From Chloroflexota bacterium (lineage in GTDB: Bacteria > Chloroflexota > UBA11872): a DNA stretch of 64,000 nucleotides. A program made the translations under genes and the position numbers. Below, piece by piece: positions 17,462 to 26,336 of this stretch. The notes under the pieces were generated by a model. It did no database searches. It had not been told where the DNA came from and saw only the letters and a list, made by a program, of their open reading frames with translations. The stretch spans positions 2,201,496-2,265,495 of the forward strand of contig CBDEVI010000002.1 of the NCBI GenBank assembly GCA_965243625.1, given 5' to 3'. Within the stretch, counting starts at the first letter, position 1. Each line of letters begins with the position of its first letter.

Positions 17462-18151
17462 CTACCGCAAGGTCCCGCCGCTGCCGTAACGGCAGCCCAT
17501 AAGCAACGGGCACGTGGCGCAATCCGGGGTCGAGCGGCAGTGGGCCTTGCCCAGGCGCACGAACAGCCCGTGTGCTTCGGCGAGCTGCCAGGCATCGGGC
17601 GGCAGCGCCTCCAGGAGCAGCGCGCGCAGGGCGGCCCGGGGCACCGCCTTTGGAATAATGCCCAACCGCTCCAGCGACCGCTGCGTGTACGTGTCGACCA
17701 CGAAGCTCGGCTGGCGCGCCGCGTAGAGCAGGATGGCGTCCGCGGTCTCGGGTCCGACGCCCCAGATGCCGAGCAGCTCGCGCCGCAGCGGCTCCATTGG
17801 GGCTCGCAGCATGCGGTGCAGGTCGCCGTCGTGCGCCTCCCGCACGTGCGTGGCGAAGGCGTGCAGCTTGGCCGTCTTCTGTCGAAAGGACCCGCTCGGG
17901 CGCACCAGTTCCTGGCAACTGAGTTCGTCGAGCTCCAGGATGCCGTCGATCGACAGCGCGCCCGCGGCTCGAAGATTCTCGATGGCCTTGGCGGCGCCGG
18001 TCCAGGCCGTGTGCTGCACCAGCAGTGCGCCGGCGATCACCTCGAAAGGGTCGGCGTCGGTCCACCACCGCTGCGGGCCGAAGTGCTCCCCCAGCGCGTC
18101 CAGCAACGGCTCCAGCCGGTCGGCCAGCTCCGCCGGCGAGGGCAGGGTCAC
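17462..18151 (-). CDS. Endonuclease III-related HhH-GPD DNA glycosylase
   Basis: PFEVIAGALLVQHT, GVGPETADAILLYA, FVVDTYT, C-terminal CRSTPDCATCPL. Confidence 0.85.
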   Translation of the reverse strand: MTLPSPAELADRLEPLLDALGEHFGPQRWWTDADPFEVIAGALLVQHTAWTGAAKAIENLRAAGALSIDGILELDELSCQELVRPSGSFRQKTAKLHAFATHVREAHDGDLHRMLRAPMEPLRRELLGIWGVGPETADAILLYAARQPSFVVDTYTQRSLERLGIIPKAVPRAALRALLLEALPPDAWQLAEAHGLFVRLGKAHCRSTPDCATCPLLMGCRYGSGGTLR

Positions 18152-18663
18152 TCGATGCGAATCACGCTGTGCACGGGGTGGTCGTCGAGCTGCGCTCGGC
18201 CGTTCAGAAACGCAAGCTCGACCAGGAACGCGCTGCCGATCACCTCGGCGCCGAGCTCTCGGACCAGTTGCACGGCCGCCGCCGTGGTCCCTCCGGTCGC
18301 CACCAGGTCGTCCATCACCACCACGCGATCGCCGGCCTGCAGCGCGTCGCGGTGGATCTCGAGCGTGTCGCTGCCGTATTCCAACTCATAGGTGAGCTGG
18401 TGGGTCGCGGCGGGCAGCTTGCCGGGCTTGCGCACCGGCACCACGCCGCAGCCCAGCTGCACGGCCGCGGCCGCCGCAAAGAGGAACCCCCGCGCCTCGA
18501 CCGCCACCAGTGCGTCGGGCGGCGCGTCACGGTAGGGCGCCACGAGCTGGTCGATGGCTTCGTGCAGCGCGTCCGGATGTCGCAGCAGCGGCGTGATGTC
18601 CTTGAACATGATTCCCGGCTTGGGGAAATCCGGGATGTCACGAATGAACCGTTCCAGGTCCAT
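18148..18663 (-). CDS. apt: Adenine phosphoribosyltransferase
   Basis: PDFPKPGIMFKDIT, EARGF, RKPGKLP, VMDDLVATGGT. Confidence 0.96.
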   Translation of the reverse strand: MDLERFIRDIPDFPKPGIMFKDITPLLRHPDALHEAIDQLVAPYRDAPPDALVAVEARGFLFAAAAAVQLGCGVVPVRKPGKLPAATHQLTYELEYGSDTLEIHRDALQAGDRVVVMDDLVATGGTTAAAVQLVRELGAEVIGSAFLVELAFLNGRAQLDDHPVHSVIRIE

Positions 18664-18797
18664 GCGCGTGGCCTCCTTCCCGACCGCCCGCGTAAGGCGT
18701 CTCACAAGGGTTCTGCGGCGGCATCATGGCACGCGCCAAGCGGCCTCTCGCATGCGGCGTATACTCTGGCGCCGACGGACCTGCGCTGAGGACTTGC

Positions 18798-19022
18798 ATG
18801 CCGGCCTACACCTACGAATGTGAAAAGTGCGGCGACGTGTTCGATATCCGCCGCAGCATGACCGACGAGAGCCCGGTCGTTTGCACGTCCTGTCGCAGCA
18901 AGCGCGTCCGCCGCGTCTACCACGCGCTGGCCATGGTTGGGGCGTCGTCGTCCGGCGGCAGCGAGTCGCCGGCCGCGTATGACGCGGGTGCAACTTGCTG
19001 CGGCGGTTCCTGCGGCTGCTAG
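18798..19022 (+). CDS. FmdB-family zinc-ribbon protein with Cys-rich tail
   Basis: MPAYTYECEKCG...CTSC; tail CCGGSCGC; TATACT -10-like hexamer at 18760. Confidence 0.8.
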   Translation: MPAYTYECEKCGDVFDIRRSMTDESPVVCTSCRSKRVRRVYHALAMVGASSSGGSESPAAYDAGATCCGGSCGC

Positions 19023-19192
19023 CTCCGTCGCCCTAGACTTTTTACGGTCGGTCGGTCCGCGTTCCTTCGCCGTATTCGGGTCGTCGCCGTGACGTTTTGT
19101 GGCGATTCCCACATATGCGGGAACGATATGTGACCGTTGGGCGTAGTCTCTTCAGGACGGTGCCGCGCCGTCTTCCACCGAAGGAGCTGGAG

Positions 19193-19978
19193 ATGTTGAA
19201 CCGTGCACGAGTCACCCTGGCCATTGCCATCCTGGCGTTGGCGGCAGTCATCGGCAGCGTCGCCGTCGTTGGCGCGGACTCAGACGGGACGTCCTACCTC
19301 GAGCCGCCGCGCACGCTCACGGTGAACGGCGACGGCGCGGCGTCCGCGGCTCCCGATATCGTCGATATCCAACTCGGCGTCGAGACGATCGACGAAGACC
19401 CGAAGGCCGCCATCGACGACAACACCTCGACCATGCAAGGCGTCATGGAGGCACTGACCGATCTGGAGGTCTCCGAGGACGACATCCAGACCCGCAGCTT
19501 CAACATGTGGGTCGAGCAGATCTATGACGAAGACGGCCCGACCGGTGAGTTCCTCTACCACGTGGTCAACCAGATCTCCGTGCGCGTGCGGGACATCGAC
19601 AACACTGGCGACGTGCTGGGCGCGGCGCTGGCGGCCGGCGCCAACACCGTGCGCGGCATCTCCTTCGGCGTGGAGGACACACAGTCGTTGGAAGAGGCCG
19701 CACGCGACGCCGCCGTCGACAACGCGGTCGCCAAGGCCGAGCAGCTGGCCGAGCGGCTGGGCGTCGCGGTCGGCAGCCCCCGGCATATCGCCGAGATCAC
19801 GGGCGGCTTCCCTGAATCGGTCCGCGTCGAGCGAGCGGTCATGCTGGAGTCCGCCGGCGGGAGCGTGCCCGTGTCGCCGGGCGACTTCACGGTTCGCGTG
19901 TCCGTGACCATCACCTTCGACATCGAGTTGCCGTACGAGGACGGCAAGATGGACGGCGGCGACTCCGAGGAGAGCTAG
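19193..19978 (+). CDS. SIMPL (DUF541) domain protein
   Basis: Signal peptide, TLTVNGDG..APD, AGANTVRGISF, A..KAEQLA, PVSPG; AAGGAG RBS. Confidence 0.85.
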   Translation: MLNRARVTLAIAILALAAVIGSVAVVGADSDGTSYLEPPRTLTVNGDGAASAAPDIVDIQLGVETIDEDPKAAIDDNTSTMQGVMEALTDLEVSEDDIQTRSFNMWVEQIYDEDGPTGEFLYHVVNQISVRVRDIDNTGDVLGAALAAGANTVRGISFGVEDTQSLEEAARDAAVDNAVAKAEQLAERLGVAVGSPRHIAEITGGFPESVRVERAVMLESAGGSVPVSPGDFTVRVSVTITFDIELPYEDGKMDGGDSEES

Positions 19979-21900
19979 CCGCCGCCCGACCCGAAAAAGC
20001 GGTAGACATCCGCCAGCTCGGCGGTGCGCCGCGCGGGCGGCAGCGAGTCCAGCACCAGGGCGCCGTAGCGGCGGGTGGTCAGCCTGCGATCCAGGATGGC
20101 CACCACGCCGCGGTCCTGGCTCGAGCGAATCAGGCGTCCCACGCCCTGCTTGAGCAGCAGCGTGGCGCGCGGCAGGGCGAACTCGCCGAACCAGTTCCGG
20201 CCCTCGGCCCGCAGACGGTCGGTGCGCGCGGCGATGACCGGATCGTCCGGCACGGCAAACGGCAACCGGGTGATGATGACCAGGCTCAGCGCCTCGCCAG
20301 GCACGTCGACGCCTTCCCAGAACGACCGCGTGCCGAAGAGGACGGCATTGCCGGCCGCGCGGAACTGGTCGAGCAGCACCGGCGTGGGCGCCTGGCCCTG
20401 GCGCAGCACGGGGAACGCCAGCCGGCCCGAGAGACGGCGCCAGGCGTCGCGCAGCGCCCGGTGACTGGTGAAGAGGCAGAACGCGCCGCCGCCGGAAGCC
20501 TGCACCAACGCCTCGATGCGCGCGGCGATGGCGCCGGCGTAGGCGTCCGACGCGCCGCCGCCCGTGGGCGGTTCGGCAACGTCCCGCGGCAGATACAGGA
20601 GCGCCTGGCGCCGGTAGTCGAAGGCCGGCTCGGTGACCAACCCCTCCGCGCCGGCCAGCCCGAGGCGATCGGCCGCGTACTCGAACGAGCCGCCGACGGT
20701 GAGCGTCGCCGACGTGCCGATCACCTGACGGCGGTCGGCCACCAGTTGCTTGAATGTCGACGCCACGTCGATTGGGGCGGCGGTCGCGACGATGCCGCGT
20801 TCGTCGGACCGCTCCGCGTAGTGCACCCAATCCGGGTCGCCGACGCGGAACACGCGGTCGGCGTCCATCGCCAGCTCGCGCAGCCGGCGGCTGAGCCAGG
20901 TGCCTTCCTCACCGTCGGCAACCTCGCCGACCGCCTCGGCCAGGTCGGTCGTCAGCTCCGCCAGTCGGATTCCGGCGGGGACCTCCTCCCGGATCGGCGA
21001 GCGGCCCGCGCCCAGCATGCGCTCGACCTGGGCGAATGCCGCCGTGGACGCCTCCAGCGCCGCCCGAATGGTCCCGGCGCGCCCGCGACCGACGGCGTCG
21101 ATCACCCGCCGTGTATTGAGCATGCGCGAGGCGCGGCCGGCGTCGATCTCCGCCGCGAACACGGAGGTTGCCGCGTCCTCAAGGGTGTGCGCCTCGTCGA
21201 GCACCGCCGGCGCGCCCTGCGGAAGCGGCATGCCGGTCCCGTCTTCGTCTCCCACAGACCGGAGCTTGGCGTCCACCAGCACGAGATGGTGGTTGGTAAT
21301 CACGATTTGGGCGTCGGCGGCCTGCGTCCGCGCCTTCTCGGCCCAGCACTCGCGCACGTAGGGACACAGGCGTCCCTCGCAAGTCTCCATACCGCGCGTC
21401 AAAGCGGCGCGCAGCACCGGCGTCGCGCCCTCGCCGAGCTCATCCATGTCGCCGCTGGTAGTGCGGTCGGCCCAGGCCCGCACTTCGGGCATGTGCCCCA
21501 CGATTGCCGCGTCGGGCATCTGGGCCTGGGCATCGAGGGACAGCAGGCAGAGATAGTTGGCGCGGCCCTTCAAACGCGCCACGACGGGCGACACGCCCGT
21601 GAGACTGACGGCCAGCGGCAGGTCGTGGAACCAGAGTTGGTCCTGCAGCGCCTTGGTGGCGGTGCTCACGACGGCCTGCGACTTGGCGCGCAGCAGGGGC
21701 GCCAGGTAGGCCAGCGATTTGCCGGTGCCGGTTCCGGCCTCGACGAGCGCATGCTTGCCGGCGGCGAGCGCGCCTTCCACAAAGTCGGCCATCTGGAGCT
21801 GGCAGGCGCGGGTCTCGTATTCGGGCAGCAATAACGACAGCGCGCCGCCCGCGCCGAACAGCCGTTCGAGCGACCGCCGGCCGTCGGTCGGTCCGTTCAC
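19975..21900 (-). CDS. DinG/YoaA family ATP-dependent helicase
   Basis: EAGTGTGKS, Fe-S Cys cluster, DEAH, SATL, FWEGVDVPG, QGVGRLIRS. Confidence 0.92.
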   Translation of the reverse strand: MNGPTDGRRSLERLFGAGGALSLLLPEYETRACQLQMADFVEGALAAGKHALVEAGTGTGKSLAYLAPLLRAKSQAVVSTATKALQDQLWFHDLPLAVSLTGVSPVVARLKGRANYLCLLSLDAQAQMPDAAIVGHMPEVRAWADRTTSGDMDELGEGATPVLRAALTRGMETCEGRLCPYVRECWAEKARTQAADAQIVITNHHLVLVDAKLRSVGDEDGTGMPLPQGAPAVLDEAHTLEDAATSVFAAEIDAGRASRMLNTRRVIDAVGRGRAGTIRAALEASTAAFAQVERMLGAGRSPIREEVPAGIRLAELTTDLAEAVGEVADGEEGTWLSRRLRELAMDADRVFRVGDPDWVHYAERSDERGIVATAAPIDVASTFKQLVADRRQVIGTSATLTVGGSFEYAADRLGLAGAEGLVTEPAFDYRRQALLYLPRDVAEPPTGGGASDAYAGAIAARIEALVQASGGGAFCLFTSHRALRDAWRRLSGRLAFPVLRQGQAPTPVLLDQFRAAGNAVLFGTRSFWEGVDVPGEALSLVIITRLPFAVPDDPVIAARTDRLRAEGRNWFGEFALPRATLLLKQGVGRLIRSSQDRGVVAILDRRLTTRRYGALVLDSLPPARRTAELADVYRFFGSGGG

Positions 21901-21901
21901 C

Positions 21902-22153
21902 GAGACCTTGGCAGCACCGGGTCAGGCGCGGGATGCATGTGCGGAACCCGCTGCGTAGTCCTGTTTGGGTGGGGGATGGATTCCCGCATTCGGAGACCTT
22001 GGCAAAGTCCGGTCGGAGGAATCCCACCAGCCCCCAGTTTCAGTGAAGGGTGGATTCCCGCCTTCGCGGGAATGACGGAGGGGGCGCGAATGATTGAGGG
22101 GCTACGCACGAGTTTCCGTTCGCGGGAACGCTGAGTGGGTGCGCAATGGCCGC
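21902..22153 (+). mobile_element. Nested MITE: outer copy 21902-22153 containing inner copy 21993-22116
   Basis: Outer GAGACCTTGGCA...GCAATGGCCGC with flanks TTCACC/CTCACG. Inner GAGACCTTGGCAAA...GAGTTTC with flanks CATTCG/CGTTCG, inside the outer copy's REP. Confidence 0.7.
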
Positions 22154-22167
22154 CTCACGCCGGCGTG

Positions 22168-22869
22168 CTACGGGAGGATCCGCGTCGTGGCCGCGCTGCC
22201 GGCGACTGAGGCCGCCGCGAAGGCCTCGGCAAAGTCGACGCCTGCCTGGAGGCCGCGGTACGCCGACACCGTTTCGGCCGCCTCGGCGATGTCGATGCCT
22301 CGCCGGGTCAGGTACCACTGCGCCAGCGTCTTGAAGTGCGCGATGGCTGTCTGCTTCGCGTCGATCGTGTCGCTCACGTCCACGTAGGTGTCGGGGGTGA
22401 AGCCCTCGAGCCATCGCGGCTGGTAGGCGAACACTGCGGGCGGCGCGTCGAGGGGGTCGTGGTCGGTGCGGGCGGTTGGCGCGGCCGCAATGTGCGCGGC
22501 GTCGAGCGCCAGGCGCAAGACGTCGCGCAGGTCGTGGTGCGCGTCCACCGACGCCGGCGCGAGCAGGGCCTGTGGCCGAAACGTCCGCAGGACCTCGACC
22601 AATTGCATCCGCGTCACGGCGTCGTTGGCGACGCTGAAATCCGAGTGGCCGAACCAGAACAGCTCCGCGCCCAGGGATTTGGCCGCGGCCTCCGATTCGG
22701 CGCGATGCGCGTCGGCCAGCTCCCGGGGCGGCACGTCGCTGCCAAGGCTGTTGCCGTTGCCCAGCGTGCAGATCGCCACCGCACCACGCATGGCCGCCAC
22801 GCGCGCCAGCGTGCCGCCGCAGCACATCTCGGCGTCGCCGGGCGATGCGGCCAGGGCCAGGATGCGCAT
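22168..22869 (-). CDS. PIG-L/LmbE family deacetylase-like protein (metal ligands degenerate)
   Basis: Fold markers ILAL..P.DAE..CGGTLA, R.AE..AAAK.LG, PDTYVDVS, YRG.QAG..FAEAF; HPDD has become SPGD. Confidence 0.78.
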   Translation of the reverse strand: MRILALAASPGDAEMCCGGTLARVAAMRGAVAICTLGNGNSLGSDVPPRELADAHRAESEAAAKSLGAELFWFGHSDFSVANDAVTRMQLVEVLRTFRPQALLAPASVDAHHDLRDVLRLALDAAHIAAAPTARTDHDPLDAPPAVFAYQPRWLEGFTPDTYVDVSDTIDAKQTAIAHFKTLAQWYLTRRGIDIAEAAETVSAYRGLQAGVDFAEAFAAASVAGSAATTRILP

Positions 22870-22973
22870 GACTCTCCCTCGGCGTGAAGTGGTCAGAGTT
22901 TAACCCGGCACCTCGGGCGCCTCGGTCCACCGCGTGCGGCAGAATTGACCTGCGCCGCCGCCGTGCGGGTCCC

Positions 22974-24272
22974 ATGCCCGATTCCACCGCCAATTTCTTC
23001 GACCAGGCCCGCGTATACGTGCGCGCCGGGCGCGGCGGCGACGGCGCGGCGAGCTTCCGGCGGGAGAAGCACGTGCCGCTCGGCGGACCCGACGGCGGCG
23101 ATGGCGGCCGCGGGGGCGACGTGCTGATCCGGGCGCGCGAGAACTTGCATGCGCTGACGCACCTGCAATACCAGCATCGCTTCATCGCCGGCAACGGCGC
23201 GCCCGGTCAGCGCAGCCTGCGCCAGGGGCGCGACGGCAAGCCCGTCATCATCGACGTCCCGCTCGGCACGGTGGTGTATGACGACGCCGCCTCGCAGGTG
23301 CTGCACGATCTGGTGGAGGCCGGCCAGGTCGAGGTGGTCGCCCACGGCGGTTCGGGAGGACGTGGCAACGCGCGCTTCAAGTCGTCGCGGTTTACGGCGC
23401 CGGACCTTGCGCTGCGCGGCGCGGACGGGGACGAATGCCACCTGCGCCTGGAGCTGGAGTTGATTGCGGACGTCGGTCTCGTCGGTGCGCCCAATGCGGG
23501 CAAATCCTCACTGTTGACGCGCATCAGCGACGCCCGGCCGAAGGTTGCGCCGTACCCCTTCACCACGCTGCAGCCCGTCCTGGGCGTGGTCGCGGCCAGC
23601 GACACGCACATGGTCGTCGCCGATCTGCCGGGGCTGATCGAAGGCGCCAGCGAGGGAGCGGGTCTCGGCGCTCAGTTCCTGCGCCACGCCAGGCGATCGC
23701 GGGTGCTCATCCACGTCGTGGACGGCTCGGGACTGGAGCGACCGCCGATGGAGGCCCTGGATGCCATCAATCTTGAGCTGGCGAGCCACGGCGCCGGATT
23801 GGAGTCGCGGCCGCAGATCGTGGCCTTCAACAAGCTCGACCTTGCCGAGTCTCGCGCCGAATGGAGCGCCTTTGCCGCCGAGTGCCGCGAGCGCGGCTGC
23901 GAGCCGGTGGCGGTATCCGCGGCAACCGGCGAGGGTATTCCGATGCTCGTCCAACGTGCGCTGGGCGCGCTGGCCGAGGCGCCCGAGCCGGAGCGTCCAC
24001 AGCCGACGGTCCCGCCGGTGCTGCGCCCCGAGCCAGTCCATGAGGCCCCGCGGCTGTTTCGTCGCGAGGACGGGGCCTACGTCATCCGCGATCCGACCCT
24101 CGAACGGCTGGCGCGGCAACTCAACCTGAACACCCAGGACGCGGTCGACTATTTCCAGCGCCGGCTCGACCGCAGCGGCGTCACCGCGCGCCTCGAAAAG
24201 GCCGGCACCGAGCCCGGCGACACGGTGGTGGTTGGCGAGCTTGAGTTCGAATGGGAGGCCGAGGGGCTGTGA
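22974..24272 (+). CDS. obgE: GTPase ObgE/CgtA
   Basis: FRREKHVPLGGPDGGDGG, GAPNAGKS, YPFTTL, DLPGLIEGA, NKLD, C-terminal DUF1967-like tail. Confidence 0.96.
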   Translation: MPDSTANFFDQARVYVRAGRGGDGAASFRREKHVPLGGPDGGDGGRGGDVLIRARENLHALTHLQYQHRFIAGNGAPGQRSLRQGRDGKPVIIDVPLGTVVYDDAASQVLHDLVEAGQVEVVAHGGSGGRGNARFKSSRFTAPDLALRGADGDECHLRLELELIADVGLVGAPNAGKSSLLTRISDARPKVAPYPFTTLQPVLGVVAASDTHMVVADLPGLIEGASEGAGLGAQFLRHARRSRVLIHVVDGSGLERPPMEALDAINLELASHGAGLESRPQIVAFNKLDLAESRAEWSAFAAECRERGCEPVAVSAATGEGIPMLVQRALGALAEAPEPERPQPTVPPVLRPEPVHEAPRLFRREDGAYVIRDPTLERLARQLNLNTQDAVDYFQRRLDRSGVTARLEKAGTEPGDTVVVGELEFEWEAEGL

Positions 24273-24461
24273 TAGCATCCCGCCATGGTGATTTGCCTCC
24301 GAAACTGTCGCCCATCTCTGGGTGAAATCCGCGTCACTACCTAGCCCCCGCTATGTCGCGGCCAGCGCGCCGCGTCGCGGGGGCCGCGCCCGGCACCGCC
24401 GGGCGATTTTGTTTTCTCGGCGGGGTTCGGCCCGCCGCTCACCTGACGAAGGATCTCTCCC

Positions 24462-26228
24462 ATGAACGACACGCTCTCCCGCATGCGGCACTCGGCCGCG
24501 CACGTGCTGGCGACAGCCGTGCTCGACGTCTTTCCGGACGCCGAACTCGGCATCGGGCCGCCCACGGACGACGGCTTTTACTACGACTTTCTGCTCCCGC
24601 GCGCGCTCACGCCCGAGGACTTGAAGCAGTTCGAAGCGCTGATGCGTAAGCACGTGGCGGCGGACTACCCCTTCGAGTACGCCGAGCATGAGCGCTCGGA
24701 GTTGCTCGAGCGCTTTCGCGAGGATGGCCAGTCCTTCAAGGTCGAGCTGATCGACGACCTGGCGGCGGACGAAACGCTCAGCACGTATACGTCCGGGCCG
24801 TTCGTCGACCTGTGCCGCGGCCCGCACGTCGAATCAACGGGTCAGATCGGCGCGTACAAGCTGCTGTCCATCGCCGGGGCCTATTGGCGCGGGGACGAGC
24901 GGCGGCCGCAGCTGCAGCGCATCTACGGCACGGCCTTCGCCACGCGGGCCGAGCTCAAGGCGCACCTGCAGCGGCTCGAAGAGGCCAAGAAGCGCGACCA
25001 CCGCCTGCTCTCGCGCCAGCTCGACCTGTTTTCCTTCAACCCGCTGGTCGGCGCGGGCCTGGTGCTGTGGCACCCCAAGGGCGGGGTGATCCGCGAGACG
25101 CTGGAAGACTTCTGGCGCGCCGAGCACCGGCGCCGCGGCTACGACCTCGTCTACTCGCCCCACATCGGCCGCAAGGAGCTGTGGGAAACGAGCGGGCACA
25201 CGCAGTTTTTCGCCGACGGGCTGTTCCCGGAGATGGAGCTGGAAAACCAGACCTTCATCAACAAGCCGATGAACTGCCCCTTCCACGTGCAGATCTTCGC
25301 GTCGGGCACGCGCAGCTACCGCGACCTGCCGCTGCGACTGGGTGAGCTCGGGTCGGTCTATCGCTACGAGCGCTCGGGCACGCTGCACGGGGCGCTGCGC
25401 GTGCGCGGTATGACGCAGGACGACGCCCACATCTTCTGCCGCCGGGACCAGTTCGTGGACGAGGTCAGCGGCGTCATCGACCTGACCCAGATGATTCTCG
25501 GCACGTTCGGGTTTTCGGACTACGCCATCGACGTGAGCGTGCGGGCCGACGACGACCGCGACAAATACGCCGGGGACGACGAGCTGTGGGAGCTGGCCGA
25601 GCAGGGACTGGTCGAGGCCTTGAATCGGCATGGCCTCGAGTTTCGCCGCGTCCCGGGCGAGGCGGCCTTCTACGGTCCGAAGATCGACGTGCACCTGGTC
25701 GACGCCATCGGGCGCACCTGGCAGCTCACGACGATCCAGGTCGACTTCAATCTGCCGGAGCGGTTCGACATCACCTACGAGGCCGCCGACGGCAGCCGCG
25801 AGCGTCCGGTGATGGTCCACCGCGCCATCATGGGGACGATCGAGCGGTTCACGGCCATCCTCATCGAGCACTTCGCCGGAGCGTTTCCGGTCTGGCTGTC
25901 GCCGGTGCAGGCCGTGGTGATCCCCATCGCCGACCGGCACGCGGAGTACGGCCAGGGCGTGGTCGAGCAGTTGCAGGCTGCGGGGCTCCGCGCGGAGCTC
26001 GACGCGCGGTCCGAGCGCATGAATCGCAAGATCCGCGACGCCCAACTCCAGAAGGTTCCCTACATGCTCGTGGCCGGCGACCGTGACATCGCCGCCGGCC
26101 ACGTTTCGGTGCGTCTGCGCACCGGCGAGGACCTGAAGGGCATGTCCGTGGACGCCTTCCTGGACGCCGTCCAGCCCGTCGTCGCGTCGCGCGCGCACGA
26201 CACCCTCGGCTTCGATGCCACGAGCTAG
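24462..26228 (+). CDS. thrS: Threonine--tRNA ligase (short form lacking N-terminal TGS domain)
   Basis: RHSAAH, DLCRGPH, RDHR, KPMNCPFH, YRYERSG, AFYGPKID, HRA. Confidence 0.97.
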   Translation: MNDTLSRMRHSAAHVLATAVLDVFPDAELGIGPPTDDGFYYDFLLPRALTPEDLKQFEALMRKHVAADYPFEYAEHERSELLERFREDGQSFKVELIDDLAADETLSTYTSGPFVDLCRGPHVESTGQIGAYKLLSIAGAYWRGDERRPQLQRIYGTAFATRAELKAHLQRLEEAKKRDHRLLSRQLDLFSFNPLVGAGLVLWHPKGGVIRETLEDFWRAEHRRRGYDLVYSPHIGRKELWETSGHTQFFADGLFPEMELENQTFINKPMNCPFHVQIFASGTRSYRDLPLRLGELGSVYRYERSGTLHGALRVRGMTQDDAHIFCRRDQFVDEVSGVIDLTQMILGTFGFSDYAIDVSVRADDDRDKYAGDDELWELAEQGLVEALNRHGLEFRRVPGEAAFYGPKIDVHLVDAIGRTWQLTTIQVDFNLPERFDITYEAADGSRERPVMVHRAIMGTIERFTAILIEHFAGAFPVWLSPVQAVVIPIADRHAEYGQGVVEQLQAAGLRAELDARSERMNRKIRDAQLQKVPYMLVAGDRDIAAGHVSVRLRTGEDLKGMSVDAFLDAVQPVVASRAHDTLGFDATS

Positions 26229-26336
26229 CGGTGCTGACCGCGCGTTCGGAACTGCCCCAGCGTTAGCGAGACCTTTGTCGGGCCTGGCGTTCGGCCAGAC
26301 TCGGGCACGGGTCGGGGAGGGCAGTCACCGAGGGCG

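Noticed and set aside
24273-24461. T-box riboswitch upstream of thrS
   Set aside because: No T-box consensus (GGTGGNACCGCG) or recognisable stem I/terminator.
26268-26280. Lone MITE-end-like sequences (GAGACCTTTG at 26268; CAGACCCTTGGCAA at 17404)
   Set aside because: No partner end, internal hairpin or target duplication; these may be remnants but cannot be supported.
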